The notes: a model not told the origin generated them from the letters alone. 63,582 bases of DNA, filler included, from Stramenopiles sp. TOSAG23-2 (GCA_900128395.1; 20 parts of 20 records of this genome joined end to end with filler, not necessarily neighbours in it), one strand, 5' to 3'; shown: positions 12,136 to 25,826, numbered from the whole stretch's first letter. Numbers and translations are program-made.

Positions 12136-13072
12136 GATAATGAATTGTAATCAATATTATTATTATTATTATTGTTGTTGTTGTTGTAGTTCTATTTTTT
12201 TTTTTCTTTCTTTATTGAAGTCAATGTCTGTATCTATATATATGTATAATCAATAGTTTCTTCTTTCGCTTTTTCTTCTATTCTGTTTAAATTCTATATT
12301 CTCTTTTTGTTTTATTATATACCTGGTAAAGCTTTAAATATTCCTGGTATATATCGATGTGTGGCAGAGAAGTGCATCACAACAATGCCAGGAATGCCAG
12401 GAATGCAGAAGACGAGCCAGAATTTTCTGGAAATTCTCTGTGTTCCACACCTGTGTATGATTGAAATGATTATAATTAGCTTATTCGAGCTCCCAGAGCT
12501 GTGTTTGCGATGAATTACGATGGCAATGATGCTGGGTCCGCCTTGCCCTTACTTACTAAAGTAGCTACCTCCTAGTACTAGAGCTATAAGCTGATACACT
12601 TAAGGGTTGCCAGGTTGCTACAGTATTATGAAAATACTATTACACAGCACGTTGCCATAATACCTGGTAGAGCCGCTCCGTTTTATGTCGGGTGGTCCCC
12701 TGCACCTGTGTGCACGCCTTGNNNNNNNNNNNNNNNNNNNNNNNNNNNNNNNNNNNNNNNNNNNNTTAATTAATTAANNNNNNNNNNNNNNNNNNNNNNN
12801 NNNNNNNNNNNNNNNNNNNNNTAAATCATTTTTTAATATATACTACAGCTTTTATATATGTAAGAAATAAACAAAACAGATGATAATCATTTAAATTTGT
12901 AAAAGAGCAGAGAAAAGTAAATTTCACTAGAATCTTGTGTGTAACAACAGTTGCTTGTGGTATCAATCAATTGTTCGTTATATTTTCTTTTTTATTATTG
13001 TTATTAACTTTATTTGTTTGATTTCTACACTTTTGCAATTTCTTCAATATTTGTTTTATTAATTAATTTTGG

Positions 13073-13645
13073 ATGAGTGCATTTGCGAAAAGTCTAGTGA
13101 CAACTATATCTCCATCTATAATAGAGTGTGACGCGCAGCTAGATAATGTCATTTCAGCGCAAAATATATTATTAAGTAAATTGGATACAGTATCAAAAGA
13201 ATTAGATCAATTATCAACGTCTAATAAAAGTAATAATAATAGCGAAGCTCCGTTGCCTGATTTGGAACCACATACAAATAAAATAATTGCAATTAAAAAA
13301 CGTGTATCAGGAACTATAAAAAAAATCACTAGTATTAAACAACGTTTGGAATACATTGAAAGGGGGTTAAATAAAAGAAAAAATAGTTTGAAAATTCACG
13401 AAACAAACTTAAATAACGCATTGTCGGGTAATACTACCAATACAAATACTGAAGCAATTACCACTACTACGACTAATAATAATAATAATAATAATACCGA
13501 AGAAAAAACAACAGAAGAAGAACAACAACAACAAGATAAAAGTAATAATAAAAAAGAAGAAGAAATTGATAATAATAATACAACAACTGAATCGGAAACA
13601 ACAGCTGTGATAAAAGAAGGTGAAGCGACTACGTCTACAGAATAA
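13073..13645 (+). CDS. SNAPIN: Snapin-like BLOC-1/BORC coiled-coil subunit
   Basis: LDNVISAQNILLSKLD...PDLEPHTNKIIAIKKRV...IKQRL matches the Snapin pattern; low-complexity tail. Confidence 0.7.
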   Translation: MSAFAKSLVTTISPSIIECDAQLDNVISAQNILLSKLDTVSKELDQLSTSNKSNNNSEAPLPDLEPHTNKIIAIKKRVSGTIKKITSIKQRLEYIERGLNKRKNSLKIHETNLNNALSGNTTNTNTEAITTTTTNNNNNNNTEEKTTEEEQQQQDKSNNKKEEEIDNNNTTTESETTAVIKEGEATTSTE

Positions 13646-13666
13646 ATTACATATATAATTACAAAT

Positions 13667-14500
13667 ATGAATACAGCGCCAGGAAATACATCTGTTGATA
13701 AAATCCCGCCACCTCCACCTTTACCACCACCATTTAAAATTCAACCAACAAATTATAATTTAAATTATTTCAATTGTGAATTTTGTATAATGCAAAGAAA
13801 TGACAATATTACCAATGCAATGTGGAACAGTGGGCACATTTTATTAAAATATCTTGAACAGAGCAATAATGATTATATAACGGAAATTACTAATGTGATT
13901 GCATCTAAAGATACAACGAGTGATATGAATAAAGCTTTGGAAAAATATTCTATGAGCGATTCGGTAATATTAGAACTAGGTTCAGGTGTCGGGCATGTTG
14001 GTATTGCAATATCACTTGGACTTCAACCAAAAGAGTATATATTTACTGATTATCAAACTGATGAAATACGTAAGAATGTCATTGAAAACATGGTGATGTG
14101 TGACGACAAGTTCGATGGTGATCAAAATAAATTTACATGTGGAAATACGAAAGTGAGTATAGTAAATGTGGATTGGAAGCAGTCACCAGAGATATGTTAT
14201 AACGATTCTAGCGTTCCAGATGTTCTGTTATGTATTGATTGTGTGTGGATGTCAGATTTGTACATTCCACTTTTAAATCATATATTGTATTTATCAATAT
14301 TGAATCCAAATTTAATTATAATATTAGCACATGAACATCGACAACAAGATTCTTATAAGGATTTTTTTAAAGTGTTAATTGATAATAATATGATCGTGCG
14401 TAAAATTTATGATGAAGATTTGGTAGCAAAGTCACCAATTGTTGGTTTGTTTTTGATTTGTAAGACAAAATTCGATGATAAAACGAGATTAATGGAATAA
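13667..14500 (+). CDS. METTL21/Methyltransf_16-family protein-lysine methyltransferase
   Basis: MWNSGHILLKYL, VILELGSGVG, IFTD, VDW and DVLLCIDCVW (DxxY-like). Confidence 0.88.
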   Translation: MNTAPGNTSVDKIPPPPPLPPPFKIQPTNYNLNYFNCEFCIMQRNDNITNAMWNSGHILLKYLEQSNNDYITEITNVIASKDTTSDMNKALEKYSMSDSVILELGSGVGHVGIAISLGLQPKEYIFTDYQTDEIRKNVIENMVMCDDKFDGDQNKFTCGNTKVSIVNVDWKQSPEICYNDSSVPDVLLCIDCVWMSDLYIPLLNHILYLSILNPNLIIILAHEHRQQDSYKDFFKVLIDNNMIVRKIYDEDLVAKSPIVGLFLICKTKFDDKTRLME

Positions 14501-15296
14501 CACTATTTACAATGGGAAACACAATCTACAGCCAATAATTGCGCATATTTTCCTCTTAAAAACACTAAAATTAGTATTTATGACCTAAATTTTAATAATT
14601 CATTGTTGTGATGATGGATTTTTCATTTCATTACATGAAAACAAAGGAAAAACATTGAAAATACCTTTTTAAACTTAGGCTCCACTAGTATACCATTTTT
14701 CCTATCAATTGGCAAAATAATTTTGACATTTCTTGTTTTCAGAAATTAGGGATAGCAGAATTTCTGGCATCAAATTTATACATTAAAATTTGTACTTACA
14801 AAAATTATTAATTTACAGAAATGACTAAAAAAAATTATAAAATTCATAAAAATCATTACATTATAAAAATATCCATTTTATAAAACACAAAAACATGTAA
14901 AAATTACATCGTCATTTGAACAATTTCATCCTTTTCTTAAAATAATATATAAATACCATCAAATATGAAATTATACAAAATATCATATTTTAGATGGAAA
15001 TGTCATTTTTTACATAAATTGTAAATTTCGTTTTTGGAATATTGAAGCCTATCAATAACTTAGTATGATATTTTTGTACTAAATAATGTAAGAAAGAGTC
15101 GACACTACAAGTGAAAATCGCCTATCAAGTAGAGTTACAGCTATAGGGTTACGCGTTTTTTTCAACTTTTAACAGTTATTCAAATATGAAGTAGATACAT
15201 AAATATTAATATATCTCGTACATTTATTAATAATCATATCAAAATTGATCGTGGATACTTATTTTGGTAGATTAATGTATATATATATGTAAAAAA

Positions 15297-15632
15297 CTAC
15301 CTTTTGCAATTTTCAAATTTGCCATTTTTAGTCAAGCCTATGTCAATGCTAATTTGAAAAAAAATCATCATTTTGAAAACATTTTGTTACATTGTCAGTT
15401 TCATTTAAAACATAATTAGATCAAAATATTCATGTACTTCTTTCCTTTAGNNNNNNNNNNNNNNNNNNNNNNNNNNNNNCTACCTTTTGTAATTTTGAAA
15501 TTTTCCATTTTTAGTCCAGCCTATGCCCCTGCTAATTTCGAAAAAAATCACCATTTTGAAAAAATTTCAATACCTTGTCAGTTTCATTTAAAACATAATT
15601 AGATCAAAATATTCATGTACTTCTTTCCTTTA
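15297..15632. repeat. Two diverged ~155-bp copies flanking an internal scaffold gap, within an ORF-free AT-rich region (14501-15923)
   Basis: ctaccttttg...tcagtttcatttaaaacataattagatcaaaatattcatgtacttctttcctttag lies both before and after the N-gap at 15451-15479, with several substitutions. Confidence 0.8.
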
Positions 15633-16023
15633 GGGGTATGTTAAGAGATGTGTCTTATAACGAATTAATTTGTAGAAGATTTAGATAGAAAAATTTGACA
15701 TATTGTATTTTGGTGATATTTCTGATAATTTTTCAATATTTTGGTGATTTTTTGCTCTGTAACCCTAAACTAACCCGATCTTGAAAATCACATATCAGTG
15801 TAAAGCTTGACTTATATGCGGTGCATGGACAGGAGAAGGATCGGGAAATGTTTAGGTGATCAGTATATGACTTTTAGGTATTGGTTTCAGCTTTGTATAT
15901 AATGGGAAAGTGTAGAAATGGCANNNNNNNNNNNNNNNNNNNNNNNNNNNNNNNNNNNNNNNNNNNNTTAATTAATTAANNNNNNNNNNNNNNNNNNNNN
16001 NNNNNNNNNNNNNNNNNNNNNNN

Positions 16024-17502
16024 GGTACAGGAGGTAACGTCGAGAGTGAGAAAGAAATTAGTTTTGTTCCAAATGTTGGCGATATAATTTCGATAAAGTT
16101 AAAACCTCAAGAGGTTAAAATTGGTATTTATTTGGGAGATGTCCCAGATATAAAAAAAAAAAATGATGATAATCAAGCTGCTGAAATATATTTTCGAGAA
16201 ATAAAAACAAAAAACAACAAAAAGGAAAAAGGAGGAAATGATGAAGCGGAAGAAACCAACTGTTGTTCGTACTGTAAACGAAAGGGGGAAAATAAAGTTG
16301 ATAGCATAGAGCTGAATGCAAACGAAAATATTTACAAGCATCCTGGGCAATTAAATTTGTTAACGACACTCGAAAAGGATGAGATGCATCTCCCTAGGTA
16401 TGAGAATATTTACAAGCATCCTGGGCAATTAAATTTGTTTACGACACTCGAAAAGGATGAGATTAAGATGCATCTCCCTAGGTATGAGATCGAAAAAAAC
16501 ATCCAAATATTGACCAATAATAAAAGCATTTTATATGGATTTCACGTTTATCCTATAGAATCTTGGTGGGATTCAAAAGAGAGCTACCGGGAATACTCTG
16601 ATTTTCAAATGTTATATCGAGTAATAAACAATATTTTTCGTGTCGCTGTAGGTATTATATCGTATACTTATTTTTTGGTGGCAACTTTATGGTGTACACT
16701 GGGACTATTTTTATTGCCTGAGCGAGTTGGTCCATACTCTACAGCAATATTTGTTGTGGTGGGTAATGCAAAATCAATCTATTCTTATCTAATAAATCAG
16801 GTAGAATCAGTAGAAGCACGTTTTGTGGAGGCTATTAGGAAAACTGTGGAGGAAAAAGAGTTAGTTAAATTGTTGAAAGAAGTTAAAATATGCAAAAGTA
16901 ATATTGAAAGAGAGGAAAAAAAACGCAAAAAACAAACTGAACTACAAAATGAACTAGCACAAATACGGGAATGTCTATCACTCTTAAAGGACTTCATTGA
17001 CAAACCAAGCCCAATACTCGCTGCTCGTTTAATAGCATCTAAGGACGTTGGCAGTCCATTAAAGAAACATTTAGAGGAGTATCATGATTTAACTTTGCAG
17101 CTCACCGAGATAGATAAATCAATTCAAACATTGAACAAAAACAAGGTTTTAAAGAAGTTTGGATTCTCAAGGCGAGGTATCATTGTAAGCGTACTATTAG
17201 CAACTTTTGCCCTTCTTGTTGTTTTAATTTTTTTAATACTTGGAATGAATACGTTTAGTAGTGAAGACGCATTTTCAGCTGCGTTGACTTCAACACTTAG
17301 TGTAATAACAGGATTTTTAGTTAATTTGAGAGCTAGGAAAACACAATTTTTAGATGCATCTCTAATAGAGAAAAAAGTAAATCAAATGCTGAAACTGTAC
17401 TTAGATTTATCTAAACATTCTGGTAATATAACTCCAGATGATGAATTAAATTTACAAGGTCTAAATAAACGAATAAACGAAATGGGAGGAGACGATAATT
17501 AA
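16024..17502 (+). CDS. Hypothetical multi-pass membrane protein, 5'-partial
   Basis: Frame open from the contig start; two TM pairs separated by a coiled coil; internal 26-aa duplication. Confidence 0.65.
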   Translation, partial: GTGGNVESEKEISFVPNVGDIISIKLKPQEVKIGIYLGDVPDIKKKNDDNQAAEIYFREIKTKNNKKEKGGNDEAEETNCCSYCKRKGENKVDSIELNANENIYKHPGQLNLLTTLEKDEMHLPRYENIYKHPGQLNLFTTLEKDEIKMHLPRYEIEKNIQILTNNKSILYGFHVYPIESWWDSKESYREYSDFQMLYRVINNIFRVAVGIISYTYFLVATLWCTLGLFLLPERVGPYSTAIFVVVGNAKSIYSYLINQVESVEARFVEAIRKTVEEKELVKLLKEVKICKSNIEREEKKRKKQTELQNELAQIRECLSLLKDFIDKPSPILAARLIASKDVGSPLKKHLEEYHDLTLQLTEIDKSIQTLNKNKVLKKFGFSRRGIIVSVLLATFALLVVLIFLILGMNTFSSEDAFSAALTSTLSVITGFLVNLRARKTQFLDASLIEKKVNQMLKLYLDLSKHSGNITPDDELNLQGLNKRINEMGGDDN

Positions 17503-17741
17503 AATAATATTCGTTAATAATGATGGTTCGTAATTATGATATGATATAATATTTTATGATACGTAGATAATACGACTCCGTATATATATTTTCTTAAATT
17601 GAGGATTGACTATATTATTCCCCCTGAGATAGAGTATTGAGAGCATATAGTATTTTCCACACGGGAAGTAAAATTATTATTAACTTTACGAACGTAGATT
17701 TTAACCATCATTATAATTTTTTAGTAGAGTACAGAAAAAAA

Positions 17742-19064
<1,323 letters not shown>

Positions 19065-19331
19065 TTATTCTTTTTTTTTTTTTCCCTGTGATCACGTGTT
19101 CTCCTCTCGTCCCATGTACTANNNNNNNNNNNNNNNNNNNNNNNNNNNNNNNNNNNNNNNNNNNNTTAATTAATTAANNNNNNNNNNNNNNNNNNNNNNN
19201 NNNNNNNNNNNNNNNNNNNNNGGCGGTGTTGCCTGCAATCGCGGTTCGCCTTTTTTATTTATAGATGCATACGCCACCATATCCTCATGCAACTCCTTAT
19301 ACATATACACATATATATACTGAATACAAAA

Positions 19332-20837
19332 TTAATTTCTGTTTCTTTTCGGTACAGTAAAGAATTGAATGCCTAATGCATTGCTTAAAGCCAAACCCAT
19401 TGTGCTACAAAATTCGTAGTGCGAGTAATACGCTAAAACGGTAATCATACACGCAAAATAAAATGCTTCTTGAATATACAAACCATCATTGTAATTTTTA
19501 ATATACATGGCAACGTTCAAGCCAATTAACCAGAGCCAACTGCGATGTCTATAAAATGCGGGAAAATTAATTCTTGCTACACGTACTATTAGTAAATGAT
19601 TCGCAAAATCTCCAAATGACCATGTTACAGTAACGAAAAATGGCAAGAAAAACTTGACATCTCTTTTTCCTACTTCACCACCATTTAATAAAACCCACGC
19701 ATTGGTTGATAAAATACAAAATATAGCACAAGAAATAACTTGCGAAAATAAGTTATTGAAACCACGCCCCACTAAATTACCTTTTGTAGTTTTCTTTGGC
19801 AATTCATTTTGAGAATAATACATGCACAAGCTAGATATTAACTTTATTGCATTCAACCAAATTGAAAAGTATGATGCAGTTACAAGAAGCCATACAAAAT
19901 TTAGGCCAATTGTACCATTGCTACTACCATTTTCAAAACATGGTACATCTGATATTATCGAGCATGTTGTTGGCAATCCAATATACTCATGATATTCAAT
20001 CAATTTGTTCACAATCATAATTTGTTGATCTGATGAAACAAATGATGGAAATGGTATAATGAAATTTTGATATAATCCACGGCCTTCAATACCATGGTAC
20101 ACGTTATAACAATATAAAATAAACAATACCATTTGTCCTGCTTGTTGCGCCTCTTGTGCATCAATGTCTTGGAACTCTTGTTTTTGTTTGTGCAATAATG
20201 TCATATTGCTGGTAAAGAATGCCATCATTCCACCGATGTACATCAATAGAAAATATGGGGAATCCATGCCCAGCCCTACAACCTCTGCCATGGCAAATGG
20301 AAATATACCCGTGACAATTGCGTCAGCGCCATGATCAACTAATTCACCCAACGCCGAGCCGCATTTTAAACGCCTTGCTTGCGGCCCGTCGGAACCGTCC
20401 GCATGTTGGTATATAAAATGGCATATCCACGCTAACAACAGCCACCAATTGGGGCACGTGCCATCACCTTGTGTAAAACCAGCTACAAAAGCAGCTATTA
20501 CGGGCATTCCAAAACATATATAACCAACAAGTGTAATAGTATTCGGTGCAAGCCAGTTTGGATACATTTCTGCCAACATGTCCCAAAATTTGTTCAAATA
20601 CACACGTTCAAATAATGTTTTAGGCGGTGAAATATATTTATATTCTTTTACGGCTTTCTTTAGTTTTTCATGATCAATACAGTTAGACGTAAAGGCAAAT
20701 AATGGAGTGCTTGTTGAAGTATTCGAAGGCTTGCTAGATTTATTACTTTTTTTTGATTTTGAACGCGGTGTTGTCTTTTTATTTTTCTTGCCCTTGATAG
20801 CGCTACTTTCACTTCGCGTTGATCTATTAGACACCAT
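19332..20837 (-). CDS. CEPT1: Choline/ethanolamine phosphotransferase (CDP-alcohol phosphotransferase)
   Basis: WLAPNTITL plus the CDP-alcohol motif DGSDGPQARRLKCGSALGELVDHGAD; multiple TM segments. Confidence 0.88.
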   Translation of the reverse strand: MVSNRSTRSESSAIKGKKNKKTTPRSKSKKSNKSSKPSNTSTSTPLFAFTSNCIDHEKLKKAVKEYKYISPPKTLFERVYLNKFWDMLAEMYPNWLAPNTITLVGYICFGMPVIAAFVAGFTQGDGTCPNWWLLLAWICHFIYQHADGSDGPQARRLKCGSALGELVDHGADAIVTGIFPFAMAEVVGLGMDSPYFLLMYIGGMMAFFTSNMTLLHKQKQEFQDIDAQEAQQAGQMVLFILYCYNVYHGIEGRGLYQNFIIPFPSFVSSDQQIMIVNKLIEYHEYIGLPTTCSIISDVPCFENGSSNGTIGLNFVWLLVTASYFSIWLNAIKLISSLCMYYSQNELPKKTTKGNLVGRGFNNLFSQVISCAIFCILSTNAWVLLNGGEVGKRDVKFFLPFFVTVTWSFGDFANHLLIVRVARINFPAFYRHRSWLWLIGLNVAMYIKNYNDGLYIQEAFYFACMITVLAYYSHYEFCSTMGLALSNALGIQFFTVPKRNRN

Positions 20838-21572
20838 ACTGTTTTATCCCTCTGTCTATCCGTATATAAAATAATACACACAATAATTTAAAATGCATCT
20901 TATACTTTAATATAAGAAATTGATAATATTTGTAATTTAATATTATAATATAGACGGCTGCACCATATATTATTAATATCTTTTTGCTAAGAAGTGTGAA
21001 TGTGTGCCAGTAGTGTGGTACAGTAGTGACAGTAAACGGTCATAATGGCGGTCTATACCTGGTATCCTAATTAAAATTGTGGCAAACCAGTCAATCGCAC
21101 AATCCAGCCCGCCCAGCCCGCCAGCATCCAGCAATAATACCTTTATTATTATTGCTGGACGGGCAAACCACTTAAAATACTAATTTCACAATTGTATGCA
21201 GTGGTAATGGTACAGCCCAGCAACCAATTGCAACAGAAAAAACATCAAAAAACCTGTGAAATTTTTTTTTTCCCTGTCTGTAGTACTAACCTGGCTAACC
21301 CGTAAGCACGTAAGCATGGTAGTAGACACTAACGCTTGCTGGGCTTGCTAAAACCGGTCATTCTTATGAGCGGTTTTAGAAAATTATTAAGTATAATTAT
21401 ATTTTAATATCATATTTGTTTACTATACTATTGATGTGCTTTTACAAATTTTTGTAGTCTTAATTGTACTTAATTATACATAATAAAAATATAATAAACG
21501 TCACTAATTAAAAAAAATGATGTGTGTAATATATTTTTATACTTGACGAGTTCGTAAAAAAATACGCCAACA

Positions 21573-22317
21573 CTACAATTTTGCCATCGATGTATCATCC
21601 TCATATCCACTTGGTGGATTATATTTAAATCCAAGATTTTCTAACATTTTACCAACTTCAATTGTTTGTAAATCTTTATATCTATCGCTAACAATTTGCA
21701 TTCCAAATGGCATATTATTTTTATCAAATCCAACTGGTACTACAGTAGACGGCAAGTCACTAACTATGATAAGCCCGGCCCAGATCGTTCCAGTTCTCCA
21801 ATAATTACGTTCCTTTCCATTAACTTTCCATGTTCGATTCATACCCTTTTCTGAACGATAATCATGATCATTTTTATGTTTAAATGCTCCAGTTGGCATA
21901 ATAGGACAAAATAGAACGTCATAATCTTTAAAAAAATTGGACCATTTCGTCTTTTGATAATTTCTTCTTATTTGTGCTCTTTGCCATGTATTAAAGGAAT
22001 CCTTCAGAAACTCTGGATTCATATCTGCGTTAGAAATAATCTGCCAACATGAAAAGCCTTCTTGTAATGTCAACGTAGGCCTAGCATTATAATCAATAAC
22101 AGCACCTGCAGCTTCTAATTTCTCACATGCCGTTTTCATCAATGCAACACATTCTGTAGAGACAGGATTAAATGGATCATCCAACCAAGCAGCAATTTTC
22201 AATCCTTTTGGCGATGTTTTCTCGGGCTGTGGCAATTGAAAGGAAAAACCACCTGCTTTCTGATGCAAATCAGGCTCAGCTAAAATATTCATTGCCAATT
22301 CTAAATCATCACACTTA
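21573..22317 (-). CDS. Amidase-signature family enzyme, C-terminal part, with PTS1-like AKL
   Basis: FFKDYDVLFCPIMPTGAF, LPSTVVPVG...MPFGMQIV; ends in -AKL; truncated by the contig end. Confidence 0.85.
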
Positions 22318-22898
22318 NNNNNNNNNNNNNNNNNNNNNNNNNNNNNNNNNNNNNNNNNNNNTTAATTAATTAANNNNNNNNNNNNNNNNNNNNNNNNNNN
22401 NNNNNNNNNNNNNNNNNTAAAATACTTTTTAGCCAAAACGTACAGAAATTATATATTTTATATGTTTAAAAAATAATTATAAATACAATGAACTTAATTG
22501 GAAGTGTAAGTGTGTTTGAATAAATATTTTTTTACAATTTTTGCAAAAAAATATTTTAATGAGATACTGTACGCACACATCAGTACATGGCGGGGGTATA
22601 TTATAATATAAAATAAAGATTACAAAACATAATATTATATAATATACTCGTACGACGTACGCATCAGTACAACTTTTTAAAAAACATATCTCTCTACGAG
22701 ACAAATTATTTTTAATCTACACACCCACGTATATATCAGCATTTGTTAACGAATCGGTGCGTAAAACACTATTACTTTTTATGATACAACAGATATGTAT
22801 ATATAATGTACATACCACACCCACAAAAAGAAAACACCAAATCTCCCTGTGCTCTAAAATCATATACGTATATACATTCTCCAAAATGCAAAAAAAAA

Positions 22899-23858
22899 TC
22901 AAAATAATATTAAACATATCAATACAAACATACCTAAACCTTTAATCAATCTAGATAAAAAAACTTGTTGTTCATAATGTTCTAATGGTTGTCTGCCATC
23001 ATGGTTTCTAGGTTGAATATTTTGAAATTGTAATGCAAATAATGATGGAAAAAAACCACGGCCCATATCCATACGCCAATTACCTACTTGCGTTGGAAAT
23101 CGTTGTTCATTATTATTATTATTATTATCATTTCCATTGTTATTATTATTATCATTATTTAAAACTTCTTCTCTTTGGCGTCTTCGTTCCAATCTAGCTT
23201 CATTTTCTTCTTCTATTTTTTGTTGTTGCTCTTTCGTTGCAATTTCTAATATATTATATATATCATTCAAACGTCGTTTCTTTGCTATTGTTAATGCAGT
23301 ATCACCAATTTCATTGGTTTTTAAAACATCGGCATTACTTGTAATTAATAATTCGACTAAATCTATACGTCCCATTTTTGTACAAATTGAAACGGGTGTA
23401 TTTCCATTATTATCTCTTAAATTTAAATCTGCGCCTTTCTCAATCATTGCTGATATTGCATTATAAGTTGTACGATTCGATATTTCATTATTATTATTAT
23501 TGGATAAATTTGTACACGCAACCACTAACTCTTCACCTAATTTAATTCTTCGTGCACTTATCATTTTACGAAGCGCGTGGTTCGTATATAATTTTTGTGA
23601 ATCTAATGATTCATTCGTTACTGGGGACGTATTATGCCCAGTATCAATCCAATATTGTATAGCACTTCGTTCATATGTATGTCCATCACTAGCAGTTACA
23701 GGATCATTCATTAACGATTGTGTTATTGGACAGTCATATTCACGTGGGTATTCACGTATATCTTCTTGATTATTATTATTATTATCTGATTTTTCCTCCG
23801 TCGTTCCAATACTATCATTGTTCAACAAGGATAAATTTACATCATTCATCTTGTCCAT
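22899..23858 (-). CDS. U-box E3 ligase with ankyrin repeats and an RNF5/RNF185-like membrane tail
   Basis: U-box PREYDCPITQSLMNDPVTASDGHTYERSAI...TSPVT...NHALR; ankyrin GADLNLRDNNGNTP and GDTAL; tail FFPSLFALQF...QQVFLSRL plus TM. Confidence 0.88.
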   Translation of the reverse strand: MDKMNDVNLSLLNNDSIGTTEEKSDNNNNNQEDIREYPREYDCPITQSLMNDPVTASDGHTYERSAIQYWIDTGHNTSPVTNESLDSQKLYTNHALRKMISARRIKLGEELVVACTNLSNNNNNEISNRTTYNAISAMIEKGADLNLRDNNGNTPVSICTKMGRIDLVELLITSNADVLKTNEIGDTALTIAKKRRLNDIYNILEIATKEQQQKIEEENEARLERRRQREEVLNNDNNNNNGNDNNNNNNEQRFPTQVGNWRMDMGRGFFPSLFALQFQNIQPRNHDGRQPLEHYEQQVFLSRLIKGLGMFVLICLILF

Positions 23859-24455
23859 ATCTTTCTATCTGCCTACATATATATGTATACACACACACAG
23901 AGAGAGAGAGAGAGATTACTATTTAGATATGATATTTTGATATAATCATCTTTCCTTCTCTCTCTCTTTTCCCCATCTATACTGAACTAATAAAATACAT
24001 GTAAATATCTCTGAGGATATATATAGTCATTCCAGGCATTCTACTTTCTACTTTTTTGCACTTTTTGTAGTAAGGTAAAAATTTTTAAAAAATCTATTTA
24101 CCTATCAAATGACTACATGTATAAGTTGTACTTACTTATAATAAACAGGAATCCTGCGGAGGTTTTTTTTTTAATATCCTTGTTGCACAATCTGGCAATA
24201 TGTAAATGCCCTTAATTCTTTCCTTCTTCAGTACAGGTATAGCAAAGAGAACTTCTCTTTGGTACTATTAGAACGTACCTAGTATTATGAAAAGATACGG
24301 AGATATAAAAAGATAATGTTGCATGGGGTTGGATCGATTTGTGTTCAGAGAGAGATAGACATATATATATATATATAACAGAGACATACGTATGTGCATA
24401 ACAGCGGGGCTTGTATATATCGAAAGAAGATAATACGGAGAGAATCGAAAAGAAT

Positions 24456-25259
24456 ATGAATTTTTTGAAAAGAAAATCAACTATTTATAAACAAAATAAT
24501 AATTATAATCAAATGCTAAACGATACTCCATCTTCATTTCAATCTTCACAAAATGCAAAATCACCCTCGACAATATTGTCTTTCAATAACAATAAAAATA
24601 TTTCGCAAAATAGTATGAATCCCTCCCCAAAACATGTCAAAAATCCAAGCAGCAGCATGAAAACATATAGCGATAGTAATAATATTGATGACGATCAAAG
24701 AAAGCAGAAAAACGAGAAGAAAAACGATACTATATATATACCAAACGATAAACAAATGGAAATATGGGGATGGATACGAAATAATAAAACAAACTATTTA
24801 AGTGGTAAAATTGATGAACGAGTACGTAACAATAATTTTATGAATGTTGGAAATAATACTTGGGTAAAACGATTTTTTGTTTTTGATAATTATGGTATAA
24901 CAATGATAAAATTGGAAAAATCTGGTCTTCCATCAACATCTATTTTTGATAAAAAAAATATTAGTTTTGACAATAATTTGGAAATTGGTGACATTTATCA
25001 ACAAAAAACATTTTCACTTTTACAAAAACAAACTGTAAAAGGATATTATTGTTTCAAAGTATTTGTAGGGGCAAATGATGTTGACAAGGATAACTTAATG
25101 ATGATGAAAAATCAAAAATGTCCCTCTCAAGAACAATTGCAATCCCCTCCATCATCACCACAGAGAAAAGAAAGAAGGAAAGAATTGATCAAGTTTGGTA
25201 GTACAAGTGAGAAACAAGTAATATTATTTAGAAATGAGTTTCTACAGATGATGAGATGA
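24456..25259 (+). CDS. PH-like domain protein
   Basis: IWGWI...TWVKRFFVFDNYGITMIK...YCFKV and a C-terminal helix resemble a PH fold; ATG at 24456. Confidence 0.5.
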   Translation: MNFLKRKSTIYKQNNNYNQMLNDTPSSFQSSQNAKSPSTILSFNNNKNISQNSMNPSPKHVKNPSSSMKTYSDSNNIDDDQRKQKNEKKNDTIYIPNDKQMEIWGWIRNNKTNYLSGKIDERVRNNNFMNVGNNTWVKRFFVFDNYGITMIKLEKSGLPSTSIFDKKNISFDNNLEIGDIYQQKTFSLLQKQTVKGYYCFKVFVGANDVDKDNLMMMKNQKCPSQEQLQSPPSSPQRKERRKELIKFGSTSEKQVILFRNEFLQMMR

Positions 25260-25826
25260 AATATTAAAAAAGTGTTATATTAAAAAAATCATTGGTGCGT
25301 GCACAGTGTGTGTATATTGTTGTATCATATGTGTTTATGTGTTGAAAAATCTAAAAATTAAAAATTCGTAATTTTTTACATTTTCAATGCTTTATATTTA
25401 TAAAAAGCATTGATGAGAGGATATAATAATAATATTTTATATTTTTACGAAAGTAAAGGAGAGTAAAAAAACAAATATATATTTTAAAAAAATAAGTTTC
25501 ATATTTTNNNNNNNNNNNNNNNNNNNNNNNNNNNNNNNNNNNNNNNNNNNNTTAATTAATTAANNNNNNNNNNNNNNNNNNNNNNNNNNNNNNNNNNNNN
25601 NNNNNNNAATATCAAAGAAGATTTTCCAAATTCGACTAAAATGTTTTTCTCAAAATAACTGTGGAGTGTACGAAATGTTTATTAATTTTTAAATTTTTAA
25701 ATGTGTGTTTAATTTTTAAAATATTTTATATGTATGTACACACTCTCACGTAAAAAATATCGAATAAATTAAGACATGCCACATATTGTACACATGTGCA
25801 CCCGCGTGTGTTGAATATATACTCTT

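Noticed and set aside
14501-15923. Possible non-autonomous transposon
   Set aside because: ORF-free and repeat-like, but I could not identify TIRs, TSDs or transposase remnants.
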